Assembly (NCBI GenBank): GCA_036336225.1
Contig: JAYZGM010000321.1
Span: forward strand, 1 to 34,990
Direction: 5' to 3'
Length of the DNA stretch: 34,990 bases
From: Acidobacteriota bacterium
Lineage (GTDB): Bacteria > Acidobacteriota > Vicinamibacteria > Vicinamibacterales > UBA8438
The translations under genes were made by a program, and so were the position numbers. Under the pieces are notes generated by a model. It did no database searches and had not been told where the DNA came from. It was given only the letters and a program-made list of their open reading frames with translations. Shown piece after piece: positions 18,608 to 25,974 of the stretch (positions are counted from its first letter, which is position 1; each line of letters starts with the position of its first letter).

Positions 18608-19534
18608 ATGAAAGCTCAAGCACTCGACCCCAAGAACCAAAAACGTATCACTGCGAGTTTGCCGTTTGTCGAGGCGATGGCGAGACGCATGGCCGCGTCC
18701 ATGCCTCATTCGATTGACCTGGGGGACCTCGTTCAAGACGGCATGATCGGACTGATTGACGCCGCGCATCGATTTGACGAAGAGCGCGGTATCAAGTTCG
18801 AGACGTTTGCCGAACGACGGGTGCGTGGAGCCATGATCGATGCGCTTCGACGCGACGCATGGCCACGCGGTGTGCGACGGGTCCGCCGTGAGCTGGAAGC
18901 CGCGCGGCAAAAGCTGCGTCACGAGCTCGGAGCTGAGCCATCACTGGCCGACCTCGCGCAACTCATGGGTTCCGATGAGACGCGATTGAGTCGCACCATC
19001 GTCCGGATCAATACGATCGAATCGACCTCGCCCTTGGCTACCGTCGACACCGTGCATGGCGCGCATCTACCTCCGGTGATGGTGCCACCCGAGCTTCCGG
19101 GGCCCGATCGGGCGTGTGAGCGTGGCGAAGTCGCGACTCGTGTACGCGAGGCGATCAAAGCGCTGCCGCGGCGAGAGCGCAAAGTGATCGGTCGCTACTA
19201 CTACGGCGATGTCACGATGAAGCAGATCGGAAACGAGATCGGGGTCAATGAGTCCCGGGTCTCGCAGTTGCACGCTAGGGCGGTCCAACGGCTCCGAAAG
19301 ATGCTTGGTCCCGAACTGAATCCCAAGGAAGTGGTCGTGGCCATGCAGAAGCATGTTCAGGAGCAGACCCCTCATCCCCCGCTCAAGATGGTGAAGGCGA
19401 GCTTCACCGCGGCGCGCAAGAGTCGAAGTCGGACCGCGCGCAGTGGTGGTGCGGTGGTCGTGCCGTATCGAAAGCCGGTCCCCGTGCGAGCCGCATCGAC
19501 GGAGCGCCTGGTTGCCCGGGCCGCTAACCAATGA
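18608..19534 (+). CDS. FliA/WhiG-family (group 3, sigma-28-like) RNA polymerase sigma factor with about 70-aa basic C-terminal extension
   Basis: Region 2 is DLVQDGMIGLIDAAHRFDEERGIKFETFAERRVRGAMIDALRR. Region 4.2 is MKQIGNEIGVNESRVSQLHARAVQRLR. ATG 18608 has GGAGG 9 nt upstream; GTG 18587 is the alternative. The tail after region 4 is Lys/Arg/Pro rich. Confidence 0.88.
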   Translation: MKAQALDPKNQKRITASLPFVEAMARRMAASMPHSIDLGDLVQDGMIGLIDAAHRFDEERGIKFETFAERRVRGAMIDALRRDAWPRGVRRVRRELEAARQKLRHELGAEPSLADLAQLMGSDETRLSRTIVRINTIESTSPLATVDTVHGAHLPPVMVPPELPGPDRACERGEVATRVREAIKALPRRERKVIGRYYYGDVTMKQIGNEIGVNESRVSQLHARAVQRLRKMLGPELNPKEVVVAMQKHVQEQTPHPPLKMVKASFTAARKSRSRTARSGGAVVVPYRKPVPVRAASTERLVARAANQ

Positions 19535-21095
19535 CTTCGTGGGCGGTGCGGAGAAGGTCGTTCAATCGGAAGGGCTTCGCCAGCCAACGGCACCCGGTCT
19601 CAACCAGGAACCGCTCGGCGTCGGTGCCCGCCACATCGCCCGTCACGAAAATGGTACGACGGGCCAATGAGGGATGCCGGTCACAGAGGATTCGGTAGAA
19701 AGCAGGTCCATCGAGACGGGGCATTTTTAGGTCACAGATCACGAGGTCGAACGACCGTCCGCCAAGATGTTCTAGTGCTTCCTCACCGTTGGCCGCGCGT
19801 GTCACCAAATACCCGGCATCGGTGAGGACGTCAGCTACGGCCGCCGCCAGCGCCGGCTCGTCTTCGACGACCAACACCCACGAGCCGACCGCTGTCACCG
19901 GTGTCGGTGCTGGCGCACGCGGTACCCGCCGGACCCCAGACGCGGCCGGAAACGAGACAAAAAAGGACGCCCCGCAGGCTGGGTCTGAAGCAACTCGGAT
20001 TTGGCCGCCGTGTTCCTGCACGAGGGCATAGGCGACCGTGAGTCCGAGCCCTGTGCCTTTTCCCACTGCCTTCGTCGTAAAGAACGGGTCAAATACCTTG
20101 CTCTGCGCGTCCTGAGGTATGCCGGGTCCGTCGTCATTGATCTCGAGCGTGACGGTGCCGTCTCGTTCGTCAAACCAGGTCCGCGCCACGAGTGTCCCGT
20201 GTCCATGCGCGGCGAGCATGGCCTGCTCGGCATTGATGATGAGATTGAGCAACACCTGTTTGACTTGATGGGGATCGGCAAAGACATGTGGCAGTCCTAA
20301 CGCCAACGCGTCGAGCGTGTTGAGATTCGATACTCTCTGCTCATACGCACGGAGGGTCAGCGTGTCTCGGACGATGTCGTTCAGATTGACCATTGCCCGA
20401 GTGGTGTTGCGTTTGCGGGCGAAGGTGAGCAGGTTGCGTACGATCTTGGCGGCCCGCTCGGCTTCGCCCAAAATCGTCTCGAGCCCGCGCTTGGTTTCGG
20501 CTTCGATCGGCCTGGCACATAACCGTTCCGACCACGTCAGGATGGTGGCAAGCGGGTTGTTCAGCTCGTGGGCCACCCCCGAGACGGTTTGTCCCAGCGC
20601 CGCCATCTTCTCGGCCTGGACCTGTTCGTGACCAAGATCGCGACCTCGGTCCTCGAGTTTGCGTCGCTCGGTGACATCGCGCACCAGCGCCTCAAGTTGA
20701 GGTTCGCCTCCTTCCGAGGTTCGCAATGTCGCCGTGACTTCGACCCACATGGAGCTGTCGTCGGCGCGCCTGAGCCGAAGCAGGTAATCACTGACCGCGC
20801 CATCGCGGTGGAGCTGTTCAAGAAACGCAGTTCGCGCGCGTGCATCCACAAAGCGGTTCGCGGCGAACAAGGTGAGGGTCTCGGCCGGTGCGTCCGGCGC
20901 GAAGCCAAACATTAGCTTCAAGTGAGGGTTGGCCTCGAGGGTGTGCGGGACGTCTTCATCGAGCGTCCCGACATACACGCCTTCGCGGATCGATTCGACG
21001 AGGTTACGCAGCAGGTCCGCGCGAGACAGAGGCCGATGGCGTGGCCGCGATGAGGTCCGTGGCATGATCCGCGGCGGTGCCACGCCGGTCAACAC
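19524..21095 (-). CDS. PAS-domain hybrid sensor histidine kinase (PAS + HisKA + HATPase_c + C-terminal receiver)
   Basis: H-box VSGVAHELNNPLATI, G1 INDDGPGIP, G2 GTGLGLTVAY and receiver VLVVEDEP...ICDLKMPRLDG...AKPF. No TM segments are seen. The start is uncertain among GTG 21095, TTG 21092 and ATG 21065. The 3' end overlaps the convergent sigma gene by 11 nt. Confidence 0.92.
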   Translation of the reverse strand: MLTGVAPPRIMPRTSSRPRHRPLSRADLLRNLVESIREGVYVGTLDEDVPHTLEANPHLKLMFGFAPDAPAETLTLFAANRFVDARARTAFLEQLHRDGAVSDYLLRLRRADDSSMWVEVTATLRTSEGGEPQLEALVRDVTERRKLEDRGRDLGHEQVQAEKMAALGQTVSGVAHELNNPLATILTWSERLCARPIEAETKRGLETILGEAERAAKIVRNLLTFARKRNTTRAMVNLNDIVRDTLTLRAYEQRVSNLNTLDALALGLPHVFADPHQVKQVLLNLIINAEQAMLAAHGHGTLVARTWFDERDGTVTLEINDDGPGIPQDAQSKVFDPFFTTKAVGKGTGLGLTVAYALVQEHGGQIRVASDPACGASFFVSFPAASGVRRVPRAPAPTPVTAVGSWVLVVEDEPALAAAVADVLTDAGYLVTRAANGEEALEHLGGRSFDLVICDLKMPRLDGPAFYRILCDRHPSLARRTIFVTGDVAGTDAERFLVETGCRWLAKPFRLNDLLRTAHEVIG

Positions 21096-21186
21096 GCCCT
21101 CCCGTCTTCAGACAAGGCCCCGTCGGGCGACGTGGCCCGTCTCAAGATGGAGGGCGAACGGCTAGTTGCCGCTAGGCGCCGAAGGG

Positions 21187-21207
21187 GTCGGCGTGGCATA
21201 CGCCGAC
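21187..21207 (-). terminator. 8-bp perfect hairpin downstream of the PCYCGC gene (no U-tract)
   Basis: GTCGGCGT-ggcat-ACGCCGAC, about 100 nt past the stop of the 21309..21800 gene. It lacks a T-run, so it is at best a non-canonical terminator. Confidence 0.2.
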
Positions 21208-21308
21208 TGGGTCGAGTATTTGGTCATTACGGCGGTCTGGATGTCGGAGGACGAAGCACCGAGGGCGTGCATCTGCATCGCGTCACGCGCGACAGCTAGG
21301 CAGTGCGA

Positions 21309-21800
21309 TCAGGTCATACCGTGGATGTCCCACTCGGTCACGGCGCCATTCTGGGCGCGTGACTCGACGAAACAATCAACGTTCGATACATGCCCGTCGC
21401 TTTGGCCACAACCGCAGTAGCACGGGACATAACTCAGGACGCCAGGATTCTTGGCCGCAAAAATATAGGCCTGTCTCATCAGATCGGCAGGACCGGCCGT
21501 CTGCGCGACGTAAGGCAATGGCGGCAGCGGCAAGGCATCGAGTTCCTCGCTGCTGAACTCCGTGGCCACGGGAGCCACGGTGGGTGATGTGGCCGTTCTC
21601 GTCGTCGCGGCCTCGGTTGTATCCTCGACGGCCGTCGATGTTGCCGAAGCGTCGTCCGATCGCGACATCACGAAGAAGCCGGCCCCTGCCACGGCCACAA
21701 TCGCCACGGCGATCATTGCCCACGGGGTGTTCGAGGAGGTGGGACTGGGTGGCGCCACTGGCGCCGGTCTGTTCTGTTTCCGACGTTGCTTGGAACCCAT
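21309..21800 (-). CDS. Membrane-anchored PCYCGC-motif protein (probable metal/thiol-binding, function unknown)
   Basis: ATG at 21800 (MGSKQRRKQ...), one TM segment (WAMIAVAIVAVAGAGFFV), a Thr/Ala-rich linker and a C-terminal VPCYCGCGQSDGHVSNVDCF. The longer ORF-track N-terminus is not needed. Confidence 0.7.
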   Translation of the reverse strand: MGSKQRRKQNRPAPVAPPSPTSSNTPWAMIAVAIVAVAGAGFFVMSRSDDASATSTAVEDTTEAATTRTATSPTVAPVATEFSSEELDALPLPPLPYVAQTAGPADLMRQAYIFAAKNPGVLSYVPCYCGCGQSDGHVSNVDCFVESRAQNGAVTEWDIHGMT

Positions 21801-21905
21801 GGATGCGATTCTATCAGAGTGTGGGTGGTCCAGTGGCCGCGAGTGGAGGGTCATTCGTCGGGTCCGGCCGAGCCGGTATCTCAACGCCCACCACGCCTCA
21901 AGTCC

Positions 21906-21962
21906 TCTTGTACGGGCCCCAAGGCAAATGTCTATTCTTGTACGGGCCCCAAGGCAAATGTC
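21906..21962. repeat. Tandem duplication, 27 identical bp with 30-bp period (TCTTGTACGGGCCCCAAGGCAAATGTC x2) straddling the fabZ stop
   Basis: Read directly from the sequence: the copies are at 21906-21932 and 21936-21962. The second copy encodes the FabZ C-terminus TFALGPVQE. The first lies just past the TAG (21932-21934). Confidence 0.9.
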
Positions 21963-22384
21963 ATCCGCCCGTCGAGTACGACCTTGCCATCGGCCATGGC
22001 CACACCGTGCAACTGGCCCATCCGACTGCGGAGCCGTTTCACACTGACCTCGATGTGCACGACGTCGCCCGGATGGGCTGGGCGGCGATATCGCACCCGT
22101 TCGATGCCGACGATATAAATCAGCTTCTCACGGTTCTCAGGCTTGGCAAGGATCAGAATGGCTCCGACTTGGGCCACGGCTTCTGTGAGGATCGTCGGTG
22201 GCAGCACCGGCCGTTCTCCGGGGCGGCGTGCGAGATAGCGCTCGTTGAGCGACACGTTCTTGACCCCAACGATCCGTTTGTCGACCTCGAACTCCGTGAT
22301 CCGGTCAACGAGGAGAAATGGGTATCGATGCGGGAGAATCCGTTCGATCGCGGTGTAGTCGAGCTCGAGGCTCGTGGGTTCCAT
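21932..22384 (-). CDS. fabZ: 3-hydroxyacyl-ACP dehydratase FabZ
   Basis: ILPHRYPFLLVDRI motif, a hot-dog fold core (PVLPPTILTEAVAQVG) and about 150 aa from ATG 22384 (MEPTSLELDY...). The ORF-track N-terminal extension is atypical for FabZ. Confidence 0.9.
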   Translation of the reverse strand: MEPTSLELDYTAIERILPHRYPFLLVDRITEFEVDKRIVGVKNVSLNERYLARRPGERPVLPPTILTEAVAQVGAILILAKPENREKLIYIVGIERVRYRRPAHPGDVVHIEVSVKRLRSRMGQLHGVAMADGKVVLDGRMTFALGPVQE

Positions 22385-22396
22385 ACTGCGCAGTAT
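22383..22396. promoter_or_regulatory. Perfect 14-bp palindrome ATACTGCGCAGTAT overlapping the fabZ start codon
   Basis: Read directly from the sequence. The minus-strand ATG (22382-22384) shares two bases with the palindrome. It could be an operator or a start-codon-sequestering stem. Confidence 0.35.
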
Positions 22397-22827
22397 AGTC
22401 GGAACACCCCGTTGCCGCGGGGCCATCGGATGACCAAGACCGGGATATGGGGAAGCACCTTGCGGAAGAAATGTGGTCGCGCGAAGTCGACTTTGCCCCA
22501 CGATCCGGGATGCGTGCGATGCCAGCGCCTGCCTGAGTTAACGCATCCCATTGACTCCGCGCGACCTGGTTATCTTCATTACAAGACTCGTGCCGACGTC
22601 GCACCAGCCGGGAACAGGGCCTTTCACGCTGGCTGGCCTGAGAGGTCGTCCTGTGTGGATGACGCCGTGTCCATGGCCGGGGTCGATAGACCTTCACCGC
22701 CGCGTTGGCGCGTCTGACTCAGCATAATGTCGCTCGGACCCGTTGCCGGCCAGGCGTCATGGAGAGACAGTCAGAAGCAGAAAGGGAGAGGACATGCACA
22801 AGCGGAGGATGCACCTACGGGTAGCGC

Positions 22828-23028
22828 GTGAGCAGTGCGAGACAACTGACACGACTGGTCCAGGAGACGCCTGCCGGTCGAACCGTCGTCGCGCCTCGGT
22901 TTCGGATCGAAGGAGACGTCAGCACATGGATTGACGGCCGCAAGACAGCCAACGGCAACATGCTCCGTTACCGCCTGTCGGGTATGGCACCCAAAGACGG
23001 GGTGTCTATCACCATCATGCGGAACTGA
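22828..23028 (+). CDS. Hypothetical 66-aa protein (only plausible ORF in an ORF-poor 0.8 kb stretch)
   Basis: GTG start, and third-position GC of about 70% by hand count, similar to neighbouring genes. The sequence (RFRIEGDVSTWIDGRKTANGNMLRYRLSGMAPKDGVSITI) is not Arg/Pro junk. There is no clear SD and I recognise no family. Confidence 0.25.
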   Translation: MSSARQLTRLVQETPAGRTVVAPRFRIEGDVSTWIDGRKTANGNMLRYRLSGMAPKDGVSITIMRN

Positions 23029-23206
23029 CAGTAGATGGAGCTCACCGCACGATGGAGGAATAGAACGACGACGATCATCACCGGCCGAAGGCACTCGAGA
23101 GAGACGGCAAACGGACCAAGGGTTTCCGTCCCCGAAGTTTGCACCAGACGTCGCAGATGGGGTCCACGCCTAATGGCGTTGTGCTTGCCTTGCCCGCCGC
23201 GGAACA

Positions 23207-24520
23207 CTATCCGTGCGCGCGGGCAGATGACGCGGGGGTGGATTCGGCCGGTTGTGCGCTGGGGAGCAGCGGTGCGAGCTGGGCCGCAATGATGGTGGCG
23301 GTTGCCTGAACCGTGTCGCTCGTCTCCCACCCATCTCGCAGCTCAGCCGAGAAGACTCCGATACACTGATGGGTGGACATCAGCGGCGTGGCCAGTGCGC
23401 CGCTGGTGTCGTCGCCGGCGCTCGCGGCGACCACCTGGAGACTGGAGGTACGGAACGCCGCCGCGGTGGCATTCTCGCTGTCCTTGGGGATGGTGCCGAT
23501 CCGCGTTAGGAACCCAGCCGGGTACCCGTGCGCAAGAGCCGGTCGGAGTCGTTGTCCTGTCGCGTCCCGCACCCAGACAATCACCCCGCTCGCGTTCAAG
23601 AGCGTAGCGACGCGGGCGAGGAGCTCGGGCAGCTGACGGGTGTCACCGAGTCGACCAAAATCTGTGCACAGATCAGCCGCCGCCGCGATATCGGGGTTGG
23701 GGCGCGCGGTGTCCGCGCCTGCCGACGTGCCGGACGTCACCGGGGCATCCGTCGTTGTCTTCGCGCGACCCGGCGATTCGGAATGTTCGGCTTCGGCGGA
23801 TTCCCAGTCTTCGGCGATACCGCTTGAGTGGTGGGTCGCTGGTGGGTCGTTCAACGAGAGGGCGGAGTGTCGAGTCGCTGAAACCGACTCCTCCGATGTT
23901 GTCGATGAGAACGGTGCGGGACGATGTCGGCGACTCACAGGGGCCAGCAGCATGACCGCCAGAATCGCGATTGCCGCCGCGGCCAACACCATTCTTGTCT
24001 GCTCGTCGCGGGCGGTCCGCACCGCCTCGTGACGGGTCGTGCGCTCCCGCGCGCGTGCAAGCTCGACGTTGGCGGCAGCGCGACTGACCAGCTCCAGACC
24101 GTCGGTGAAGACGAGGTCTGAAGCCAGGAGTGATTGTTCCAGTGAGACGTGCTCCCGAGCGCGAGCGTCCATCTGCTGGAGGTCGGCCACGGCTCGGCCC
24201 GCGCTATCCAGCGCGTCGACCGACTCTGGATTGATGACCAGGCCTCGAAGGTTCTCTAGGCTGTTGCCGACGGTCTCAAGCAGGGAGGTGACCTTCGTGG
24301 TCCAGTAGACTTGATCTTGCCCGATCGCCACATAGGCCTGTTCGGCCGCGCGGAGATCGGCGAGCGCCAAGATGAGAGCCCAGCTCAGATCCGTGAAGAC
24401 CCGTTCGACACTTTGTGCGTCGTTGAGTAGGATTTCAGAGCGTCGAATCTGATTGCCCGCGAATCCCAGTGTCGCGACTACGATAAGCACAACTGCGATC
24501 CGAATCCATCGACGCGCCAT
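23207..24520 (-). CDS. Membrane sensor-like protein: TM, CHASE3-like coiled-coil ectodomain, TM, low-complexity linker, C-terminal GAF; no output domain
   Basis: N-terminal TM IRIAVVLIVVATLGF. The periplasmic region has a CHASE3-like character (tentative), followed by a second TM MVLAAAAIAILAVMLLAP. C-terminal GAF-like block LPELLARVATLLNASGVIVWVRD...CIGVFSAEL. Confidence 0.7.
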   Translation of the reverse strand: MARRWIRIAVVLIVVATLGFAGNQIRRSEILLNDAQSVERVFTDLSWALILALADLRAAEQAYVAIGQDQVYWTTKVTSLLETVGNSLENLRGLVINPESVDALDSAGRAVADLQQMDARAREHVSLEQSLLASDLVFTDGLELVSRAAANVELARARERTTRHEAVRTARDEQTRMVLAAAAIAILAVMLLAPVSRRHRPAPFSSTTSEESVSATRHSALSLNDPPATHHSSGIAEDWESAEAEHSESPGRAKTTTDAPVTSGTSAGADTARPNPDIAAAADLCTDFGRLGDTRQLPELLARVATLLNASGVIVWVRDATGQRLRPALAHGYPAGFLTRIGTIPKDSENATAAAFRTSSLQVVAASAGDDTSGALATPLMSTHQCIGVFSAELRDGWETSDTVQATATIIAAQLAPLLPSAQPAESTPASSARAHG

Positions 24521-24561
24521 CTTGGACAGCCACTATACCATCCTTGTCGCGGTACTTCAGT

Positions 24562-25488
24562 ATGGCTTCTGTGTCATCGTCTCGATTGTCACGTCTGGCC
24601 GTGATCGCCAACCCCGTGGCGGGGCCGGTCAAACGTCGTATGACGACCGACCAAATCACCGACCTCGCCCGCAACGTCTGCGCGGCGGCTGGGGTCGAGT
24701 GCGAGGTCGTGTTCACGGGCCACCGGGGGCATGCCCGCGGTCTGGCCGAGGCATTCGTTCGAGACGGATGGTCGCTGATTGTGGCGTGGGGTGGCGACGG
24801 CACGATCAACGAAGTGGCGTCGGCGCTCGTACGACAATCGGTTGTGCTGGGGATCGTGCCGAGCGGGTCCGGCAACGGCTTGGCTCGCGAACTCGGTATC
24901 AGTCAGCGAGCCGAGGAGGCGTTGGCGACAGTCATCCGTGGCCGAGATCGGCTGATCGATGTCGGCAAGCTTGGCGGACGACTGTTCATCAATCTGGCTG
25001 GGGTGGGGCTTGGCGTCTCGGTCGCGGAGCTCTTTGGCCGTCTCACCGGGCGCGGTCTCGCGCGTTACGTGTACGCCACGCTCCGCCAACTGCTCACCTA
25101 TGTTCCGCAACGGTATCGCCTCGCCATCGGCCCAGAGACCATCGAGACCACCGCGTTCCTTGTGGAGCTCGCCAACGGGCGACAATATGGCAACGGGGCG
25201 ATCATCGCCCCGGGGGCACGGCTCGACAATGGGTTCTTCGACGTCGTCGTGATTCGCGAGATGAGTCTTCCGCGGGCCCTGCTCGGGCTCCTGCGGCTCT
25301 TCAACGGGACGGTCGACAGCCATCCACGAGTCTCCATTCACGTCGCTCCAGGCATCACGATCTCATCTGATCGTCCGATGCCGTTTCATGTCGACGGCGA
25401 GGTCGTGCCGGGGGAGACGTCGCTCACGGGGACAGTACTGGCGAGCAGTCTATGGGTGCGTGTTCCCGCTGGGACGGAACGCACGTAA
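24562..25488 (+). CDS. Diacylglycerol kinase-family lipid kinase (YegS/BmrU/DagK-like)
   Basis: LAVIANPVAG, GGDGTINEV and GIVPSGSGNGLAREL motifs. I prefer ATG 24562 over TTG 24544. Confidence 0.88.
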   Translation: MASVSSSRLSRLAVIANPVAGPVKRRMTTDQITDLARNVCAAAGVECEVVFTGHRGHARGLAEAFVRDGWSLIVAWGGDGTINEVASALVRQSVVLGIVPSGSGNGLARELGISQRAEEALATVIRGRDRLIDVGKLGGRLFINLAGVGLGVSVAELFGRLTGRGLARYVYATLRQLLTYVPQRYRLAIGPETIETTAFLVELANGRQYGNGAIIAPGARLDNGFFDVVVIREMSLPRALLGLLRLFNGTVDSHPRVSIHVAPGITISSDRPMPFHVDGEVVPGETSLTGTVLASSLWVRVPAGTERT

Positions 25489-25551
25489 CGACCCACACCC
25501 CTCGCGTGATCCGGTAGTTGTTGGCGAGAGGTGACGCGTCAGACTCGTCGA

Positions 25552-25974
25552 CTACCAGTCCCAACTATTGGATTCGATGTCCCAGAGCGCGTAGCACTCC
25601 TGTGCGAGGCCTGGCTCAAAAAATTCTTGTGGCAGGGTGTACATCGTACCGATGGGTTCGATAAGCTCACTGTCTCGATACCAAGACGAGACGACATGGC
25701 CCTCGATTGGCACACGTTCCTCATCGCGTGGAACGAGATCCGTTGACTCAATCTGGACACGCCAGGAGGCGGTGCCGCCCTGCCCGTCCGGACCGGTGAA
25801 TGTCAGCTCGTTTCCGTCGCGGGAAAAGTCGGTCACCCCGTCGACGCCGGCGATCTGGTTGGCAAAGGACTCGATGAGGTTCACCTCACCCGGTTGCATG
25901 GCGCACGCAGCCATCCCGACCAGCGTGACGACCACGCACGAAATCCGGGTCACAAATGTCCGTTTCGTTGTCAT
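25552..25974 (-). CDS. Hypothetical lipoprotein
   Basis: Lipobox-like LVGMAAC after a basic N-terminus. The ATG overlaps the dsbD stop (ATGA at 25971-25974), suggesting translational coupling. Confidence 0.6.
   Translation of the reverse strand: MTTKRTFVTRISCVVVTLVGMAACAMQPGEVNLIESFANQIAGVDGVTDFSRDGNELTFTGPDGQGGTASWRVQIESTDLVPRDEERVPIEGHVVSSWYRDSELIEPIGTMYTLPQEFFEPGLAQECYALWDIESNSWDW

Noticed and set aside
18524-18922. A 132-aa minus-strand ORF overlaps the sigma-factor 5' region and the sigma-54 promoter.
   Set aside because: It is antisense to a motif-rich sigma gene, and its product has no recognisable features.
22628-22680. CUGAGA followed by CCUGUGUGGAUGACGCC recalled the TPP riboswitch core (CUGAGA … CCUGAUCUGGAUAAUGCCAGCG).
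   Set aside because: The flanking GGGG…GC and GUAGGGA elements are missing, and the P5-equivalent stem would be mostly G-U pairs. No thiamine-related gene lies downstream on that strand.
21584-22717. A 377-aa plus-strand ORF spans the PCYCGC gene, fabZ and the upstream region.
   Set aside because: Its translation is low-complexity and Arg/Pro-rich. It includes the repeat read in a non-coding frame (LLYGPQGKCLFLYGPQGKC) and is antisense to two motif-supported genes.
22385-23206. I checked the ORF-poor region on both strands for RNase P RNA (GGAAAGUCCGG / ACAGAACCCGGCUUA), tmRNA (tRNA-like 3' end, tag ORF), SRP RNA (GGUCCGGAAGGAAGCAGC) and tRNA T-arms.
   Set aside because: None of the diagnostic conserved blocks is present. 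A GGTTCGACC string at about 22878 on the minus strand lacks a pairing T-stem.
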